A stretch of DNA of 64,000 nt, taken from positions 29,422,150-29,486,149 of the forward strand of contig NC_134026.1 in NCBI RefSeq assembly GCF_964204645.1, read 5' to 3'. Below, piece by piece: positions 43,201-57,269 of this stretch (position 1 is the first letter of the stretch; the number at the start of each line of letters is the position of its first letter). Source of the stretch: Tubulanus polymorphus (taxonomy: Eukaryota > Animalia > Nemertea). The notes under the pieces were generated by a model. It ran no database searches. It was given only the letters and a program-made list of their open reading frames with translations, and was not told where the DNA came from. The translations under genes were made by a program, and so were the position numbers.

Positions 43201-45336
43201 TGATTTTTCATAATACCTTTACTATAGTAAGCTTTATGTACGTTACACGGTTTCTGAGGAGATCCACTCGCTGAGAACCCTGGCGGAAGTCTAACGTGAA
43301 CCAATGATAACATCGACGGGCGACGATTCTGACCAAAATAATCAGTAGTAAAATACAAGCGAACACCTTTATAGGTGATCGCTACTAAATGAACATTCAC
43401 AGACTCTGATTTAGGTATCGCTGAAATGTGGATTATTTCTTTGAAATTTGTACGATCGATAGTCCTGAAAAATAACAAACAGATTTCATAAAGCAACCAG
43501 CGATCCTAAAAAGCCAATCAATTAACACAGTCAAATACCAGTACTTAAGACAATGACAGAAACTGTGACGCGCGATCTTATAATCTCAACAAATTTCCCT
43601 GACTTATTTAAATGGTTTATGTCTCGTATTGTTAAGGTTTATAAGTTACCTGGCTATAAGAGAGGCATTCTGCTGCGTCGTTTGTTGCGATACTGCCGCT
43701 ATTCGACTCATACTGCAACCATTTTCACCTAAATCATAAACCTACAAATAACACAAATACAACACATGAATAACTGCATTGATTAAATGAATAAAATCTC
43801 CTGAAGTGATTGTAGAATTTACCTGTATTGTTGCTTTTTGTGATCTCGTGTATAAAATGTGTCTAGATTCATCGATACTGATCTGCTGTAGGGGATCTAT
43901 AAATACATACAAACTATTCACATACCCTTCCATCATTCACAGCACAGGTTCTCCTAATCTAATTAATGACTTACCGTCTTCAGCTAGTGAGAAATTGAGG
44001 AACGACGGCATCAGAAACGACAATGTACTCGTCGAATGATTCACTTTACGACATTTCCTACTGAACCAACCATCTTCCGCTTGATAAATCAGTTCGTAAA
44101 GACAGCCGTCTTTACCAGCCATAAATATACGACCGTTCTCCGAGCCATTCACCGATATCATATGAGTGCCATCGGTAGGGATAGAGAACAGCGGGTCGGG
44201 CAGTAAATGCATCTCACCAAAACAACGATTATCTTCATGCAATGTACCTGAATGAAATGAACGAATTCACTTTACTTATCAAGCTAGTACTGTTAGTAAA
44301 ACGGGGTGGCCACTTTACTTTTAACCCGGTAAGGAATATCAGACATAATGATATAACGAGACAAAAGCTGGAAAATAAGTCAAACTATCATTAGAATTCG
44401 ATGAACTCACCATCAAATGGTTGAACAAAACTGACTCCGAGTAACACGATATCGACAGGTGTAGCTAAACACAATAAGTACTGAATATGTGGCTGAAATA
44501 TTCCTTAAAAAAAGAAAACTATCATCGATTAAAACAGCTTCACGTGTGGTAGAAGTACGATCGAATACTCTGCAGTTATCAAAGATGCTTACCCGGTTTA
44601 GGTATGATTAAACCAGCGCAGAGTATAGTATCGCTTAAACCATCAAAATACGCTAAATCAGACCTGAAATTGAAGATACACAGTCAATTTTATAGCATTA
44701 AATATAACAAATTCTATTTGATGGAATAAATAACGCATTAACTACGCACCCGTCTTCATAATTCCAAACAAATATATCGCTATCGATAGACAACCAAGCA
44801 CGACTGATTTCTGGAAACAATCCCATCATACAATGATACTGCATATCTATTCAAAATGTTAAAGATATTCTCAAATCAAAAAGGGCTTGTCTCGTATATA
44901 GCTGGGGGTTTAAAATCAAACATTTACAACCGTGTTAGAAACGCATTTATTCTAAAGGATACGAGCAAATTGTTCAACAAGCTCCGGGGGCAACGGAACA
45001 CGTTTTACAGAGCTAATCTCCGATAAAGAATCCAATCCAACTTTCGGATCGGAGAGAATTGGATAATCGACTTCATGCAGACCGCTTAAAGTTGGTTGTT
45101 CTGAAAAGCGTAAAAATCATCGAAATCAATATTGATCGGATATAAAACTTTAGAATAATTAAATAGTTAGAGACTGTAGATAGGGACTTACTGTGTGAGG
45201 CTAAACCTAGTAAATCAGATAGGTCTCCATATGCTTTATCAGCTTGTAAATTCTGTTCCACTAATCGACACGCGTTCTCAAGATCATCTTGTATTACACT
45301 GGCATTTGATGGCGGCACTGCAACAAATGATGCCAT
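37258..45336 (-). CDS. NUP155: Nucleoporin Nup155, multi-exon (~30 exons)
   Basis: [113 protein letters not shown], ending KLDRLI*. Confidence 0.97.
38919..39029. mobile_element. Palindromic MITE (ACCCAGTTCCACAG family) nested in an older MITE in a NUP155 intron
   Basis: TIR cccagttccacagtt ... aactgtggaagtgga, flanked by (c)ctg direct repeats. Confidence 0.7.
41166..41277. mobile_element. Palindromic MITE, same family as 38919 and 48437
   Basis: ccagttccacagtcgtgagttagag...cttaactcacaactgtggaactgg. Its first ~60 bp are near-identical to 48437-48496. Confidence 0.8.
44847..44962 (-). other. U12-type (minor spliceosome) GT-AG intron in NUP155
   Basis: 5' site GTATCCTTT and branch site TCTTTAAC ending ~10 nt from the 3' end of the intron. 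Confidence 0.9.
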
Positions 45337-46311
45337 TTCTTCTAAAAATGGAAACATCATCAATAAGTCAATATAGTCTGAATACCAGTCGTTGTTACGG
45401 TTCTGTTTCAGAAACTTCAAAGACACTGTTCCATTCCATCTCGCCTGGTATCTCATAAAGCTCCTGAATCAACATCTAGCAACATCTAGGGCTCAAAGTC
45501 AAGATGTAATCTTCATAAATAAATTACATTCTTCTGATAAAGTAAGGTAATCAATAAATGATAAGACCCGCCAGCCCAACCACGTCGAACGTAGATTTGA
45601 CAGACTATTTTAGCCGCGAAATGAAACATCAATCATTGTTTTCGAGGCACCATAGATCAATTCAGAGATGTAACACATAAACTACAATATCAAAATAATG
45701 ACTGTGCGTAGATACATTTCATAAAGACAGTAAATCAAACAAATATTGTAAAGAAAATTTAAAAAATACACGAGAAAATCGTTAACCAAAATAAGATTAC
45801 AAACCGGGTGTTCTTTGTCGACGACCTTGAGCTTTGTGGAGCAACGATTGAATTGAATTGATGTGGTTACCAAATTCAAATTCAATTTCAAATCGGCAGC
45901 TATCAACCAAGGTATCGTATTATGAATTTAAAATGGTTATAAAAAAACCTTTTTTTTTATTTTCTATCTTCTGATTAGGCCTGTGCTACATTTGTCCAAA
46001 GCTTGTTCCGAATATTTTTCTCAGATATAATTCTATGCTCTTCTTGAACACATCTCGAAAAGTCTTGCATTTGCCTTGGCCATTTGCAGTGAAACTATAC
46101 GTCTGAATTAACATTGTTTTTGGATTGCTAAACAGCTAGAAGTCAATAAAACATTTAGTAGAAGTCAATATAACATTGTCAAATTCATTCATAAATGTAT
46201 CAATAATCACACGAGTGAATGATATCTTTTTTGTGCTTTGGGAATGGATGGAGTGGTAAAGGAGATAGAAATGAATTTATGCATTATATTTGTCATTGCT
46301 ACAGGTGGTTG

Positions 46312-49300
46312 ATGTTAATGATGGAATTTATTCATGATGATGATGATGATGTTCAAATATTGGAAGTATCATTGCCTCCTGCCACCATCCTCCATCCACC
46401 TGATGATTTATCGCGCAATGTCAAATATTGGTATGAACTTTTGAAGTTGGAAGAACATCAGCAGCAGATCACAAATACAAGGAAAATAAAACAAGATCTT
46501 AGCAAAGACCTTATCAATTTATCGCAAGTTTTCAATTCGTTAGTGGTAAGTCAATGTGTGGGAATGACCCTTGGGTTCAGTTTCAAATATTTTCAGTTGG
46601 TGGTAAAAGAATACCTCCAATGATTACGTAGCTAACTAATTGAAAATGTGAAGTAAACAAAAAATTGGAGTTTAAAAGCTTACCACCAATGATTAGGTAA
46701 CTACCGGTAACTTGAATGTGAAGTAAACCAAAATTTTTAATTCAACCCTCAAGGGGGTGCCCTTGGAAGGTTGGGTGCTTATTTCTATGAATCATTAGGC
46801 CTACTTGAAACTGGACCATGTGAATTATAGCAATGTCTTCGTCTTAAACAATGATAATGATTTCAGGATAATCCACTGCGTGTATTTGAGATGTATCCTC
46901 AGTTAGGGAATCTATTTAATCTATTAGCCTACAGTTCAACAGTGACACAGAATCAACAAACGTACCAAGCATTTCTACAGTGTTTATACCCTTTATCAGC
47001 TCTTAAATCTGATGATGTCCGATTAAAGAAAATCAGCATCTGGGCACTGGTGATTATCATCCTTATTTATTGTCATAAAGAATTTGTTTTTTCGAAATCG
47101 TCCATAAATATTTTCTTTTTTTTCCTCTAGAGACTCATCAGAAAAACTGTTTGTTCAACTTCAAAATCAATGTATGGTTTAGTTCGGTCTGTCGGTTATA
47201 GTCATCCTGATTGCTTACAGTTACATATTGAAAAAGTAAGAATTTTATTGGAGTCTAATTTGCTGCTGTTCAATTAGTTATCGTAGATCGAAACCCATAA
47301 TGACAAAATTTTCGGCTTTCAAGGAAAATCCATTGTCAAGAATGATTAGGTTTTTGTTGAAAACCAAAGCTCTGAGAATCTTAATTTTTTTTCTGTTTTT
47401 GTTTGCAGTTTTTTACTCATTGCGAATTTTCAACCACTTGATAAGTCGTTATTCTCTTTTCAGATGATAGCCAGAATGCGCACTACTTTTAACCAGTGTT
47501 ACGATTTATCCCATATTCCATTGATACTCGAGGTACTGGATTTCGTTGTAGAATATCCAGCAATTATTACCCCGATTTATTCAGATCTCATGAATTGGTT
47601 GATCAGAATTCCTCCAAGTGAAGCAGCTACTGTTTGGCAGAAAATTAGTGAAATCGTTTATATCAAAAAGGTTCCATGCGGTATGTTTAGAACATACAAA
47701 GTGTGTAACGTACTATAGGGCGTATTATGAAATTAAACTTATCTTTCAAAGATGTTTAAAAATGTCATTTGATAAATTCTACTATGGAATAGACAGGAAT
47801 TCTCACACTAGAATCATATGCAATAAGATTTCGAAGAGCTATTAAAGAGAAAAGTCAATATTTCTGTGGGTTAATGACACCCAAAACATTGTGGTTTCAT
47901 TTTGATATATTTTCAAAATCTTATTCCATGAAATGGGGCATTTTATTCACCTACAGTTGACACAGTGTTTTATTTGTCTACTACAGAGTATTCGTGTCTG
48001 AAGTCGTTATGGATGAATCACAGGCAAAGTATGGAGATGGAATTACTGAAAAATATCAAAGCGAATATAGAACAATCGCGTTATATATCGGTTTTTGAAA
48101 TGAAATCAGCTTTGATTCATGAAAATATTGTATGTATTTTGCATAAAAGCTGTGAAGGTGTTGAATTTTTCAACCTGTTGTGAGATGCTTTTAATTGTGT
48201 TTTTAAGGTTCAGGCTGCAGCCTCCAGTGCACACATACTCTCAATGCTTATACTGATGTTACATGATTTATATCAACGGACTGGTCGTGATTTGAGACTC
48301 ATTCATTTCTCAACTGCTCTTTTCAGATGTATTCAACAATCCACTCGGGTAAAGAGAGCTACTTGTATTCTTCTCCAGGACCCAGTTTTATAGACTCAGT
48401 GGTTAACTCTGTTCATTTTCAATTGAGCTAGCCCCCAGGACCCAGTTCCACAGTCGTGAGTTAGAGTTAACTCTGAGTTAAAGTTAGTTCATTTTCTACT
48501 GTGGAACTGGGTCCTGGTTATTAAAGATAATACCAGTCTTTAAAACCGGGACCAGGGTTCCTATAGATCAGGGATATCAGGTGTAATTCAGAACGGTAAA
48601 ATTTGGTCTAGGTTCAGGGAAATATCAGGAAATCCCTGATCCGTAAGAACCCTTTCATTCTCTCCTCAAATTCGTGTAGCCTATCTCTTCATTAATCATT
48701 TCAGACCAGTCATGAATTGTCTTCATATCCTGTGAATCTGATACCTTTACTGAACACCCTCAGTACGGCTTCTATTACTGGTAAATCTGCATTTTACATA
48801 GTTTTTTGTTCCATTTCAAATAACCTGCCCACTAATTAAATGGATATTTCTATATTTATAGGTTACTCTATTCCTAGTTCTCTGCTCAGTATTCAGGTGT
48901 GTAGCTTGTGGAATATTTTGATGAATACTCGATCTAAGGAGAATTGTTCGCAGATCTGGTGGTTGACTTGTTCTTATCCTGAATATCAATTAATAGCTGC
49001 TCGATGCTTATTGGAAAATCTCTCCGAGCCACAAACGACTAGCTTTACACAATCAATAGATATCCTTCTATGGTTCAGATATCAGTCTATAAACCACGGT
49101 GCAGTTAACGTAAGAATGTTCTAATATCTTTTATCTTTTGATGAGTTTTTAACGAAATTGAACGTATATTCCTATATTTCGGTTTTCAGGAAGAAATTGT
49201 CAAGTTTTTACGCGAATTCAAACCATCGACTATGAATAAAATGAATGAAGTTGATATTAAGAATACGTTCCATAAAACATCATCAATCTCTGAAGGAGCA

Positions 49301-49680
49301 AGACCCGTTCTGTGTTTAATAGTCGTTTTATTTGTTATTTATTTCGAAAATCTTCAACATTTCAACACAATTCTCCAGTTGGTTAGTAAGATTAGAAATA
49401 TCTAATCAAATATTTATCACTGAGTTCCGGTATAAAGATTTATTTCTGTTGTTTGTAGGTTTCTGGTAGCTGTGATTTTTATTCGCATATTCAGATTATT
49501 TTTGACATAATGGATTTATTGATGATGATCGAATCTGGAATTTATGAACTGAAGATGAAACCTCGAATCGTCAGCATTTTATCGTCAATACTGCAGCAGA
49601 TCTGTAGTGAAATAGACAATAGTAGAGATGAATACAGGAGTTCTCTGGTGCGCGCTGCTAAACGAATCATATCCAGTTGA
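46312..49680 (+). CDS. FANCC: Fanconi anemia group C-like protein, multi-exon
   Basis: Colinear motif matches to my recollection of human FANCC: VKYWYELL~YQFWMQKL, VFEMYPQLGNL~VIERFPTIGQL, FLQCL~LIWCL, ISIW~LNSW, SVGYSHPD~GLGYAPID, SLWMNHRQSME~CLWLRHLPSLE, IWWLTCSYPEYQLIAARCLL~[20 protein letters not shown]. Similar overall length. Not verified by a search. Confidence 0.7.
48377..48516. mobile_element. Two adjacent/nested partial copies of the palindromic CAGGACCCAGTT MITE in a FANCC-like intron
   Basis: caggacccagtt at 48377 and 48436, closing with aactgggtcctg at ~48516. Confidence 0.7.
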
Positions 49681-49731
49681 CAAAAAAACTAAAATAGTAG
49701 TCATTTCACAAACCTTTTCTAGTTCGAAGTT

Positions 49732-49869
49732 TCAAACAATTGCGTTATCAAAACCTGACTTGTTACTGGCGTGATGATTCCTGAAATATATCAGAAATAT
49801 AGCAATGTTATTTTGATATCTGTTTTTCGTTCGTTTAATTTTTTCTAGGAGAATTGATCGTCTTAGACA

Positions 49870-49936
<67 letters not shown>

Positions 49937-52900
49937 TAGGGAGTTTACCTGATGCCTTCGTCTTCATCCCTGAAAAAAATTGAATGAAATTGATTGATCA
50001 ATTAATCTATGAGATAAAGAGCCGGTGAAATCTGATCGTTTCGTGGAGCATTGAAACCTCTGACGACGATGATAAGACCACAATATTAGTGAATTTATAC
50101 TAACGGTTCGCTTTTTTTCTTCTTCAAATACCACGTAACTACGATTATGGTTATTATGGCTAAAACTGCAAATGCCGCGACGAGGACGCCTACAATCACG
50201 TTCTTAAGCGTTGTATCTAGAAAATATCCGGATAATGGATTACAATCTAGATGTCCACAACCAAACACCCACGAGGAACAATTATTAGAATAGTACCTTC
50301 GCAAAGAGAGATCTGTTGGAATTGCCACATGGGATAGCTTTCCGGGCTGCATATGTAAACACGATCACCTTTCAGATACCAACCGTTAGAACATCGCTCC
50401 ATCAAAACTGCAGAACCTTCGATTGTGCTCGTGCTATTCTTAACAACATGTGGTAAATCCAAAAATCCACAACTCCGAGCTAAACAAATATCATATGAAC
50501 AATTCTTGTAAAATTGAAATATGGAAGCTCCCTTCGTTTTGTTTGAAGGAGCACACATTGATATTTGATACCATGATCAGTTTTAAGACACCGAAAGTAA
50601 ATAAATATGCCTGTATGAAATTCACGTGTAATTACTCAGTTTTGCGTTACTCTGTAGAACTTTGAATTCGCCGTCTGCAATTTTAGTTTGATTGGCGATG
50701 GCCGCATCTCCTCCAGTAACCTCTAAATCAAACATACAAGCCGTATTTCCTTCACAGATTGTATGGTTTGTGCTGTTCAAATTAAATTGTGGTCTATAGC
50801 CATCATCCTGATTCATAGATTCATAAGTCTGTGGAGCCAAGTAAGTGAATAAACTATCTGACTTGGCCACTCTCCCTGAAAGTGAGATGATAATATTCAG
50901 TGCACGCGAAGTCGCTGAAACATACGTACGTATTAGAAATTTTCATCAAAGGAATTCGACATACACTTCTCTTTAAGTAAATTATATTCGGATTCATTGG
51001 AATTTGTTGTTGCTTTTTTGTTTCGTGTCGTCTTCTCCCACATTCCTAATAAACCATCCGTCTTATTCTACGTAAGTGAAATATACAGAGAGATGCGCAT
51101 GATAGGCATTTTCAAAACGAGAATGAAAGAGATCTATCGCATTATCTTGAATCTTTCCGCAAGTCAACAGTTAAAAATCACATACCATTATTACATATCC
51201 TAAAATGTCCTAAAGCTTTTGGCATAGGTTTTTTACGGAAGCGATAAAGGGCCTCGAGATGTCGCGTTCCAACTCGACAAGTCGTCATATTTATGTCGAC
51301 ATACCGCGATATATCGCGTCAAGTCGACATGAATATGTCGATATATCATGACATTTTGACGACATATTTCGTTCTCTCGACCACTTCCTCGCGACGAGTC
51401 GACATATTCATGACGACTTACAACTCAGTCGTCATATTACTGGTGTCTCATCTTACATTTAGACATGTCTTCAAATGACGGCTTGTCCCGTGGAAAATGG
51501 GCAAAAAAGCGAAATTTGTCGCGAAAACGTCACGATATGTCGACATATTCATGTCGACTTGACGCGATATATCGCGATATGTCGACATAAATATGGCGAC
51601 TTGTCGAGTTTGAACGCGACAACTCGAGGCCCTTTATCGCTTCCGTAGTTTTTTCAGGACAATAATCAGAAGATTCATACGTGGATGATTATATCATTTT
51701 ACCTGGTAAATATCTGGGAATGTAAATGTAGCTTGTAACAGACGACCAAACAACTGTAACCGTACTCCTATACCAGTCTTATATCTCAACATCACATCAA
51801 ATTTACGATTTATTTTTACAGTCAATGTGAAACCTGAAATACGTTAAAGAGAATAAAGCTTTAAATCTCTACTCTCAGATTTTTTTCAGGCAAATATGAT
51901 CTCACCGATTTACAAACGCGTACCTTTGTATTTTTGCCAGGAATCTATCGGAGAATCCAGCGATATCGTTTTACCATTGATATTCAATATCCGACCAGAT
52001 GGATGGGAAATATCAGCTACAACCTGGTCTGATGATGGAGATCTTATGACAACTGCTGATAATGCCGTAGCATTCTTCAGTAAACCTTATTGATAAAATA
52101 GAACGTACTAAAATATTCACTAAGCTTTTTTACATTTGAACAATGAACGAAGAAACCAACCAGTCTCTGCGGGAGTTCTTCTGAATCGAGCTTGAATCAT
52201 AGGGACAGATTCATCGGTCGTGTGTTTATATTTCACAAGCCAAAAATCCCCAAGACCACTAAACCTCAGAGTTCGACCGTCGAATCTTCCCAAATGCGGA
52301 TCTCCAAATACCATCGCTGAAGAAGATTCATATTTCAGAGCTGTAACGGTTTACCATTTGTGATATCATTTCAATCGGATACAATCTATATATTCTGTCA
52401 TACCTGGTTTTGCAGGTGTATAATTCTCGCAAGATTTCGTAGGTCTGAGGTCTTTAAACCGATGACAGGATTGTGTTGACCAGTGACAGCAGTAGAGTAA
52501 TGGCATCAGGTCGTGAAGCCAATAGGAAAATAACGGGTTAGATTTAGCAGTTTGATTTATTTGAGGAATAGAAGCGTATGGATGATATCTCAATAGATTA
52601 CTACCAGCTAAACCCTCTTGAGTATAAATCAGATTTTGCTGCTTGTCGTAACAGCAATGATTTCCAGCTCCATCTTCACTGAAATAATCACCGGTATTTA
52701 GACGAACGAAACAACCTTTTCCAAACTATTAGATTCGTTAGACTTACGTTGGATGAGCTGAAAACACACAAAGACGTGCGCCTTTATTGAAAATACAAGA
52801 ACTATTTTCTGAATTGCAATTTTCGTCTAGGATCCATCTTCCCATGTCAGCTAAAGCCTGTCCCTGTTTACAAGGACAGCCGAGGACTTTATCTCGCCAT

Positions 52901-55900
52901 GATTGATCTAGTATCGAATCTTTATCCGCCCAATCCAGACACTTCTGTTCAGTCCAATGATTTCCTCGTGATAAACTGGCCTGCGATCTGACTGGGTCAT
53001 GGAACCAACCGAGAGGTACCAATTTCGACGACAAGCTATAATTGAAAAAACGACAACAAAAAAACCCATCAATTCTTCGTTTGAATATATGCAATATATG
53101 GAGAAAAACGGAATAATAACTTACATTTGTGAATCACCATCTCGTTTTACAATTACAGCTCCGATTTCCATAAATTTATCCATGCATTCATCGTTACGAG
53201 ACTTGCATGCTAATGATTCCTTGAGAATCGTGTATTCCGTCGACCAACGAGATAATTCATAAATCGGTTTTGCCATCTCAAGCCGTCTCCAGTTGCCCTG
53301 TAACATTCCCAAATAAGAAGACATTTGATATACGGTCGATACGCCTTGTACGTAATTACGTAGTTTAAACGCTCTCATCAAAAGATACCATCACCATCTG
53401 ATTATCACTCAACTCTCGGGATGGTATAGATAATATGTCTCAATTCGTGGTAACCGCTTACGGTCTAACAATCATTCTAGAGTTGAAATATTCAAATTGA
53501 ATTTAAATCCACGTTGAGTCGGATTTCTTACCGTTCCATTTATATCCTCACTATAACCATAGAATTCTATGATGTTATACTGTCTATTGTAATACCGGTC
53601 TCTTCCATCTCCGAAATCTAATTCGTTGTTGTTCCAGAGTATTTCGATTTTCGGTGGATCTAATTCAAACCACGCATTTGAGAGTATATTCACAGGTGGT
53701 TTCAAATTAGGTACTGAATGAAAAATATAACGTATCAATGATCTGACGGAACAGAGATGAAATTCGAAATGCAGTTCGTATGATATGACGCGCACCGATG
53801 TTGAAAATAGCAGTCGATGTCAGGTTTTCAAACTGCACCGAAAATGCACCGATTTGAAATAAGAATGGCGAAATACAGCGATAGTAAGTGTGAGTATATC
53901 TACGGCTACACGACGGGGAGATCTTGCTGGATCTATCAGGAGACGATAAAGAAATAGTCGGTATCTGACCAGTATAACAAAATCCTGATACATCAAATAC
54001 ATGTTTTCCAAGCATGCTTCCTCCTCGAGGATAGATTTCCAATTCAAAACCTTAATGATAAGAAACTATGATGCATGAACATTTATATTACGGTGTATAT
54101 TGATATGAAAAGGCTTGGATACGGTTTTTCATTTTTTTTCCAGTTCAACAACTTACCTATATTTGTATTTTTCTCGTTTATACAACCTCCTCGAATTAAG
54201 CGTTCATGTGCAACTTCGTAATAATATTCTCCCTGTATCATAGAACCACTGAATCTAGCCAGATTAGTCACTAGATCCGTCTGGGAACCTGGTAGTGGAT
54301 TCCAACCAACTCTATTACCACCATTAAAGCCAGCCTTCAAATACGGTAATTACAAAACATGTCCAATCATTAAAATGAATTAAAATGAATTTCTTGCAAT
54401 CATTTTCCAAGATCGCATTATCAAAACTTACGTAGACATTAGAATTCCCCCAATTTAGCGAAAAATACTTCAGACCAATAAAATTTCTTCCGGACTTTCT
54501 GTCGTACACCATCATCAAACGGAAACTATTTTGCTAAAGTATTAAGAAAATATATTCACAGGTTTCATTTAGAGTAAGAGATAACGCTCTTCTATCATAC
54601 CTGTTTACCGCTGTTTGGAGGTAACAAACCGCACCAAATAACTTCTATCATATAAAACTGAGTCCAATCCACGTGTAATAAATAGGTCCACATGAAATTA
54701 TTGTGAATAGTCTTTGCCACAGCCTGAAATGTTTCCACGAATTAGTAATTTGAACAATTCTCAAATAAATCATAATCATCATTTCATACTTCAGTTCCTT
54801 CATAACGAGTTTTCCAGTGTATTTTACTATTTTCTCTGATTGGTGCTGTCTGAATATGATACGCAGCAATCACTGGTAGATCAATCTGTTTGTTAAACGG
54901 ATAATCGAGTTCATCAGTAGAATATTCAGTTTTATTGTTACAAAAGATTACGTGTCCATTTTTACTTATCTGAAACAACACAAACATGCTTTTAAATGAC
55001 ATCATATTTATGTAAAATTGACGTGACTTTAAGTTCACATATATCCACCGGTTCTTCTTAACGACTTACGTATAAAAATGTATAAAACTTTCCCAAGTAT
55101 GAAACAGAGTGTTGGAAATGAAGAAATTCCCCGGTTGAATTCACTGGAAATGAATTCCATCCTATTTTATCATTAGGCTCTGGACAATAATCTGAAATAT
55201 TGGATATATTGGAATACGGACTGAACTGTGAGTAATTATGTTCCCTTCCTAATTCAAGGAAGTTGAAAGCAAAATGGTATTTCTTGGGAATAAGCTCGCG
55301 CAAATGTGATGAAAAATGGCAAGCCGTGACCAGAACACGTGAAGATCGGACGTAAAAGAGCTCACGGCCCTACTCCGTCAGTTGACGCAATATTTATTTT
55401 TAACAAACTGGAGACAGCTATTATGAGCTGATGTCGTCGCTCTAATTAATCATATATTGACGGAACGTTCGTTCGGTAAATGGTAAAACCTGTTGTTATT
55501 ACAAAGAGCAGCTGCGAGCTTTTTCCCCCAGAAATAAACAGCTGGTGTCTCTTACCTCCGTAATGTAGCTTTTGAATATACGTATATATCTGCTTTTAAC
55601 ATATTCAGACGACTTAAAGATGTTAAAGATATTCGCAGAACTAACATGAATTTACTTCCAAAATACTTTGGTTAATGATATTTATAGATCTGTAGTAAAT
55701 TTTCTTTTTTCATTGTCACAATTTCAAGCAAAATTTTAAAAAGAATGTCGCCGTACTATTTTGAAACAATCTACGACGCATACAGTTTGTAATGTTTATA
55801 TATAATTTTGTTGTAAAATTCATATAACATCAGCCATTGTTCACGAAGGGCCGGTGTCTGAGATCAATAATTTGACCGTTCGAATTTGAAAAAGCCCATT

Positions 55901-56014
55901 ACTCTTACCTGCCAGTGAAGCATGCACAGATCTTATCAACCCTGCTACCCAAAACAAGAAAATTACACCACGATAACAGATATTTCCTCGGAAAAACTTG
56001 CAATACGATTCCAT
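49732..56014 (-). CDS. Mesh / SUSD2-like type I membrane protein (signal peptide, NIDO, IPT, AMOP, VWD, sushi, TM)
   Basis: Signal exon MESYC...VHASLA, NIDO-like KAGFNGGN, IPT start EIYPRGGSMLG, AMOP (CPCKQGQALADMGRW, HCCYD, WLHDLMPLLYCCHW, RPTKSCENY), VWD start FGDPHLGRFDG, sushi CGFLDLP..CSNGWYLKG, and TM VIVGVLVAAFAVLAIITIIVVTWY followed by KKKK. Confidence 0.9.
49871..49936 (+). repeat. (GCAGGA)11 perfect hexamer repeat in the last intron of the Mesh-like gene
   Basis: Direct reading of the sequence. Confidence 0.95.
51234..51647. mobile_element. IS3EU-like MITE copy 2 (inverted relative to copy 1) in a Mesh-like intron
   Basis: TACGGAAGCGATAAAGGGCCTCGAG ... CTCGAGGCCCTTTATCGCTTCCGTA with a 6-bp TSD GTTTTT. 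The internal part is the reverse complement of copy 1. Confidence 0.9.
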
Positions 56015-57269
56015 GATTCCTATAATCCCTTCTTATAATCCATCACAATTTTAAGTTTATAATTCGATCTTTTTCAATATCGACCGCATATATTCACATT
56101 TTCCTAATAACACGAATTCATGACCTGTAGCCAGAAAAAGAAGCGCAATCACTCAGACGCCTTCCCTATGCATCCAACTGTCGTTTTATTGCGTTAGTTT
56201 TTCAGTTTTTCGTCGATAACAGGTAACATCCGTTACACCGATCGTATGAAAGCCGCATATAGCGACCACACGTAAATTGTATTTGCAAAATTAATTTTTC
56301 TATATTCAGCAAATTCTATTGAATATTCGTATCATATTGTTTACAGGTTTTATCGATGATTGAATGAGCTGTATTTGATATACGTAAAATCAATCCAGCC
56401 ATCAGTTATAGCAGTATTACCTGAATCATTCACTCCAACAATCAATTCACCAACTTTTGATAAAAACACCAGAACACGCATCAATTATGTCTGTTCCCTG
56501 ACGTGAGCCGTGTGATGATTCGGTCGCCAAAAACTACATCAATCAACATGAAGCCTGGCCAATGTTAAACTCTTTAAAATTTAAGATCAACTCATCAGGA
56601 ATATTCGCGTACGGGATTCATTTTTAATTTGACTGAAACAGGGGGCCAACCTAAGAAGAATTTAATACTCAGAAATAACCTCTTGATGTCGCTGCGGTGT
56701 AAATAAATGAACATATCCAATACAGGTATATACATAGTAGTAATCGTTTCAATACATTTCAGCCGAATAACTTTTAGTAAAAAAATTAGCAAAACTACTT
56801 GTTTCGAACTACGCTACCCCCACGCTTTAACGAGCCTGCTTATCTGTATCTAACACATTGGAGAACTGCCTCGTCTTTCATTCGTTCTTTTAATGGTTTT
56901 CAAGTCGAATATTCTCCAGTTGAATAAAGATTAGAATACCACAATCGGAAGCCCGAAAAATTGTCCTCTATCCATTGAATAAATGCAATTCAGGAAATAA
57001 AGATAAACGATGTCATTCTTGAAATATAGACTTGGTCAGTATCATTTTATTGATTGGAAAACAACAAATCAATTAATAAAATAGAAATACAAAGATAAAT
57101 ACATAATAAATATATAATCTTATAGGCGATTAAAAATGTAATAGGGCATTGATATAACCGGAGTAACACTCGAGATTTTAGAATATCAAAATTAGATAGA
57201 AAAACGGATTACTTTTCAAAATAGACAGATTTAAATATTTTAAAAGATTGTCACATTATGCATAGTTTA

